Part shown: piece by piece, positions 60,106 to 64,000 of the stretch
How the letters are laid out: each line of letters starts with the position of its first letter
Numbering within the stretch: position 1 is the stretch's first letter
DNA from: Octopus sinensis
Lineage: Eukaryota
Assembly (NCBI RefSeq): GCF_006345805.1
Contig: NC_042997.1
Location: 31,992,001 to 32,056,000, forward strand
DNA length: 64,000 bases
Reading direction: 5' to 3'
Notes under the pieces: generated by a model
What the model was told of the DNA's origin: nothing
What the model saw: only the letters and a program-made list of their open reading frames with translations
Database searches by the model: none
Translations under genes and position numbers: made by a program

Positions 60106-63100
60106 TTTATGAAATTCTGAATAAGGACTGAGAAACCCCAACCAATTTCTGAAGTTACTTGGTCTGTAACTTGAGTAACTTTTGAAAAGTTTCCAATATA
60201 TGAAATGTTGTTTTTACACTTATTTTCAAATGCCAAGAAAATCAGAAAAATATAATACTTTTTTTCTGCCTAAGGGGTTTTTAAACGATTATTTACACGT
60301 TATTATTCATAGCATTATCTACTTCAAGTTCCCCTGTTCCAATACAACACCATTTGGCAAGAAAGTTTGTAGCTAGTTCTCTTGTCTATTATCATTGTCA
60401 TCATTTTCATCTTCATCATTCACATTTTCATTTATAACATGAAGAATAAAACAAAAGAAAATAGAAATAGTAGGAAATTAGTTTGCAACAGTGTTACTCT
60501 TTGAGCAGTATTATGACAATTTAGTTTTCATTTCAAATATTAATGTCTTGTATACAAAATTCATGGAATACCATACAAGATATTTATTTACCAAACTCTT
60601 TACCCTTTAGCATTTAAACCAGCCTTAACCAGCCAAGATACTCTACCTGTTTTTGTTTAAACTAACCAGATCCTGCCTCTCACACTTACCTTATGACACC
60701 ATTCTAAAAATAAACAATCACAGCATCATAATCTCAAAACTAAATGTCATAAATAATGGTGACAAATGAATTATACACCGCTGGAAGTTGTTGTTGATAA
60801 ACAACAGCAGTAATTTTATTCAGCTGAATACACGTCATTGATTGGTTGAATTGACCGAAATACGACAACTTTAACACAAAATAACTTTGAAAATACAAAC
60901 TTTTCTCAACAACACTAAGAGTAAAAGATGTTTTATATGACACATTCTATCAGTGTCTGAAGTTTGAAAGTGTTTAGTTACAAAAAATTAATTTCTCAAT
61001 CTGCTGTTCAAAGGGTATAAAGATCTACAATTTTTTATACACTGAATTGTTTGGTAAACCAGGCTGAGAAAAGTTCCCTAAAAATATGCCAGTGACTGTA
61101 TTGTATAGAATGTTTGTTAGTAGTACAAGCTTTTTGATAAGTTTGGTGAGTCATATGTGAGATGAGTGAGCCAATGAACTTGTAAAACATGTAACTGTTG
61201 TTATCTGGTGTTATGCTGCAGATACCTGAGGCTATAAAAGTACGATATTGTTTCTGCTGAAAGATTACATTCACAAAACTACAGAGATTAACCCATTCAT
61301 GCTGAAACTTTTCTAGTGAATGAAATTGCCTGAAAATTCACAGATACGATTATTTCGACCTAAATAACAACTGCAAAAATTTCATTGAAGTCCATTTGAT
61401 ACAGACTGCATACGCGTTAAGAGCATATTTAATTCTTTGATACGGATCATACACAAATCACAATTTGTATCAAGTATTTGTTTTATACCCTTATAAATTA
61501 AGTGTCCGTTTAAACGGACAATTGGCATGAATGGGTTGATAGCAATAGTCCTTTCCAAACCTTTCAATGTCTTGTTGCAGTTGATTATATTAAAAGATTA
61601 AGAGAGACAATTTAATGTAGACATTTCTCACCCAAATGTAGCATCGAGAAACAGACATTTAACTGAAGGTAATGATGTTCATGATCATGACAATGATAAT
61701 GATGATGATGACAATGATGATGATATCAATAGCATACTGTGATTATTGTCATAAGGTATGCACTGTGCTGCTATAATGAACCTATTGCTCAACTATATAT
61801 ATATATATATACATACACAAAAATATAACTTAAAAATAAACATGATTTTAAACTTATTTCTGTGTATGTATTATGAGATTTAGACACAGATCACAACCAG
61901 ATATTGCAAGAACAGAGTTATTATTGTAAAGAAAATCAGTTTCAGTTTAAGAATTTCCAATGAATTTATATTTAGAACTCGATGATCACAAGATGTGTGC
62001 TAGTGGAATGATGCTCACACTCAGTCCTTGCCTTTTTTCACTCTCACATAATCTTACCATCAGCCAGTGCCACATTATAACACAACATAAGGATGTGCAC
62101 TGCTGTATCAAAACAACTATCGCATCACAATATTTTATAAGAAGGCAAATAAAATATATTTTTCCATTATAATCAATGATTATATTATTTGGTGAGCTAA
62201 ATATTTATAGTAGGTGTGATACCTACACCAAGAATATGTTGATTATATGTCCCTTGGTTAATATGTATATCTCAATGTTTAAATATTATCAAACACATTT
62301 TTATAATAAAATATTTAATTACTATATTTCCTTGTGATATTCTTTGTTTCTTACCTTTCCTGGTTAAAAGAAAATGGAATTAAAATGATACTGCAAAGAT
62401 AACCATTTTCTAACCAAATTTCTATTAAAATACACTGTCTATGTTACTCAATTAATTTTGAAAATAATCAAGAATTAGGAAGTATTTAGCAAAATGACTG
62501 ACATCTTCATTATTATGATGCTTGTTTCATAACATAATTAAATGTTCTTAGATAAAATTATGATGGTTTATATTTTTGATATAAACACTTCAGAAACAGA
62601 TTTTATACCATAGACTCAAACAGGTGAAATATTTTTAGTATGGCTTAATGGAAGAAAGGCAGTAGCTATAACCTTTGTAGTATCTCCACATCTCATACAA
62701 GAGAAAGAGGTCAAAAACTATGACCCATGAAGGTGTCAGAAGTCACACACATGAAGATATAAAGATATGTACACTCCAGAAACCTGACCTTGATTCTTGC
62801 TACACACCAAGATCTTTCATCCAATTCAAATGTCTCTACAAATACAACTAGAAACTTCTTCCCCTAATCAGAAAGCACTTCCCAAACACCAGTAAGCACT
62901 ACAAACTTTTTAATGTTCACAACATTAAAGTTTGCTACTCCTGCCTAAATAATATTGCTTCTAGCATTGCCTACCACAATAGATTGCACACACATTTATG
63001 CTGATCCTATTTTATGGCCCACTCAGCAATTGTCAATATTCCACTAAATGTCTATTGAGTAGATCCTGCCTCTCCAAGGTTGCGGGATGCAGATGCAGGC

Positions 63101-64000
63101 AAATCTCAACCTCCCTATCTTAATTCAAATGGAGACTCTAAGACTAAGGAAACAACTTCCCCAATAGCACATGGAACAGCATTGACAGGGCTTGCTTAAT
63201 CACCTGGTGCACATAATTCCTAACTCTTCCTCCATGAAAAACTGCACATATTGCAACAGTCAACAGTGTCCATCAATATGAAAACTGACATATTGGTTTT
63301 TGTTGCTATCAAAGAAATATCATGTTAATTAAATTCAAATCATTGGCTTTTAGTACAGCTGAAATACCACCATAACTCTGTCTGACCCATATGTAAACAC
63401 AGAATATATTATCCCTACTTGCTAATGGTCATATTGTTTCCTCTGCATAACCTTCAGTGTTGTTTACCATTGCTTGTACATAACAGTAATAGCAGTCACA
63501 CAATATACCAAGTAAACTGACAACACCAGTCTGTTAACCACACAACATGGAATAGCATTAGGAAGCATACATCTTCATCTATTATCACTGACCTGTCAAC
63601 TGATAGACCAGCTGGTGATTCAAAGCTGTCCATTCTCTCATATGCAAGAACAGCAAAGAAGATCTTTTGTCACTAATCTGTCAACTTTCATATGTAACTT
63701 GAAGTAACCAGTGGAGGCTCTTGATCTCTTCACTTTGATCTCAAGGTTTCTGATGCATTGGATATACAGATATATGTCCATGAATCTTGAAATAATGAAG
63801 GAGTGATTCAACCTGTTAATACATGTATTTAACTTCCACATATGTTGAGTGAGTAAGGCAGCAAGCCAGCAAGAATTGTTGGCACACCAGGCAAAATACT
63901 AAACAGCATTCTGTTTGTCTTTATGTTCTGAGTTCAAATTTTATGAAGATCAGCTCTACATTTCATCATTTTTGGGTCAATAAAATAAGTACCAACAGGA

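Noticed and set aside
61035-61274. 79-aa minus-strand ORF as a possible exon of a convergent gene
   Set aside because: Weak donor and no recognisable homology.
63638-63841. Minus-strand ORF faintly like an RTE RT C-terminus (RASTGYFKL)
   Set aside because: Too short and diverged to call.

Overview
AT-rich, microsatellite-dense eukaryotic DNA. The SINE/LINE repertoire looks like an Octopus (coleoid cephalopod) genome; this is inferred from repeat recognition. Two spliced protein-coding genes lie on the + strand. (1) The 3' half of flotillin-1 has five internal exons (2350-10156), three candidate alternative terminal exons and a probable long 3' UTR to ~16.8 kb. (2) A complete six-exon gene (41840-60105) missed by the ORF track encodes a 193-aa PX-domain-only, SNX10/11-like protein whose phosphoinositide-binding motif is degenerate. 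The rest is transposon-derived: RTE, CR1-group and RLE LINE remnants, several tRNA-derived SINE families, Tc1/mariner relics, piggyBac-, Tc1- and pogo-type MITEs, and two non-autonomous Helitrons. The most interesting signals are four type I hammerhead-ribozyme-like folds on the minus strand (one nearly intact at 23250-23313), a 1.13-kb near-perfect palindrome (probably an assembly fold-back), a 51-bp intronic hairpin, single-TSD SINE dimers, and a 3-kb (GGT)n higher-order array. No CRISPR array, rRNA or true tRNA gene is supported. All calls were made by eye; no databases were searched.
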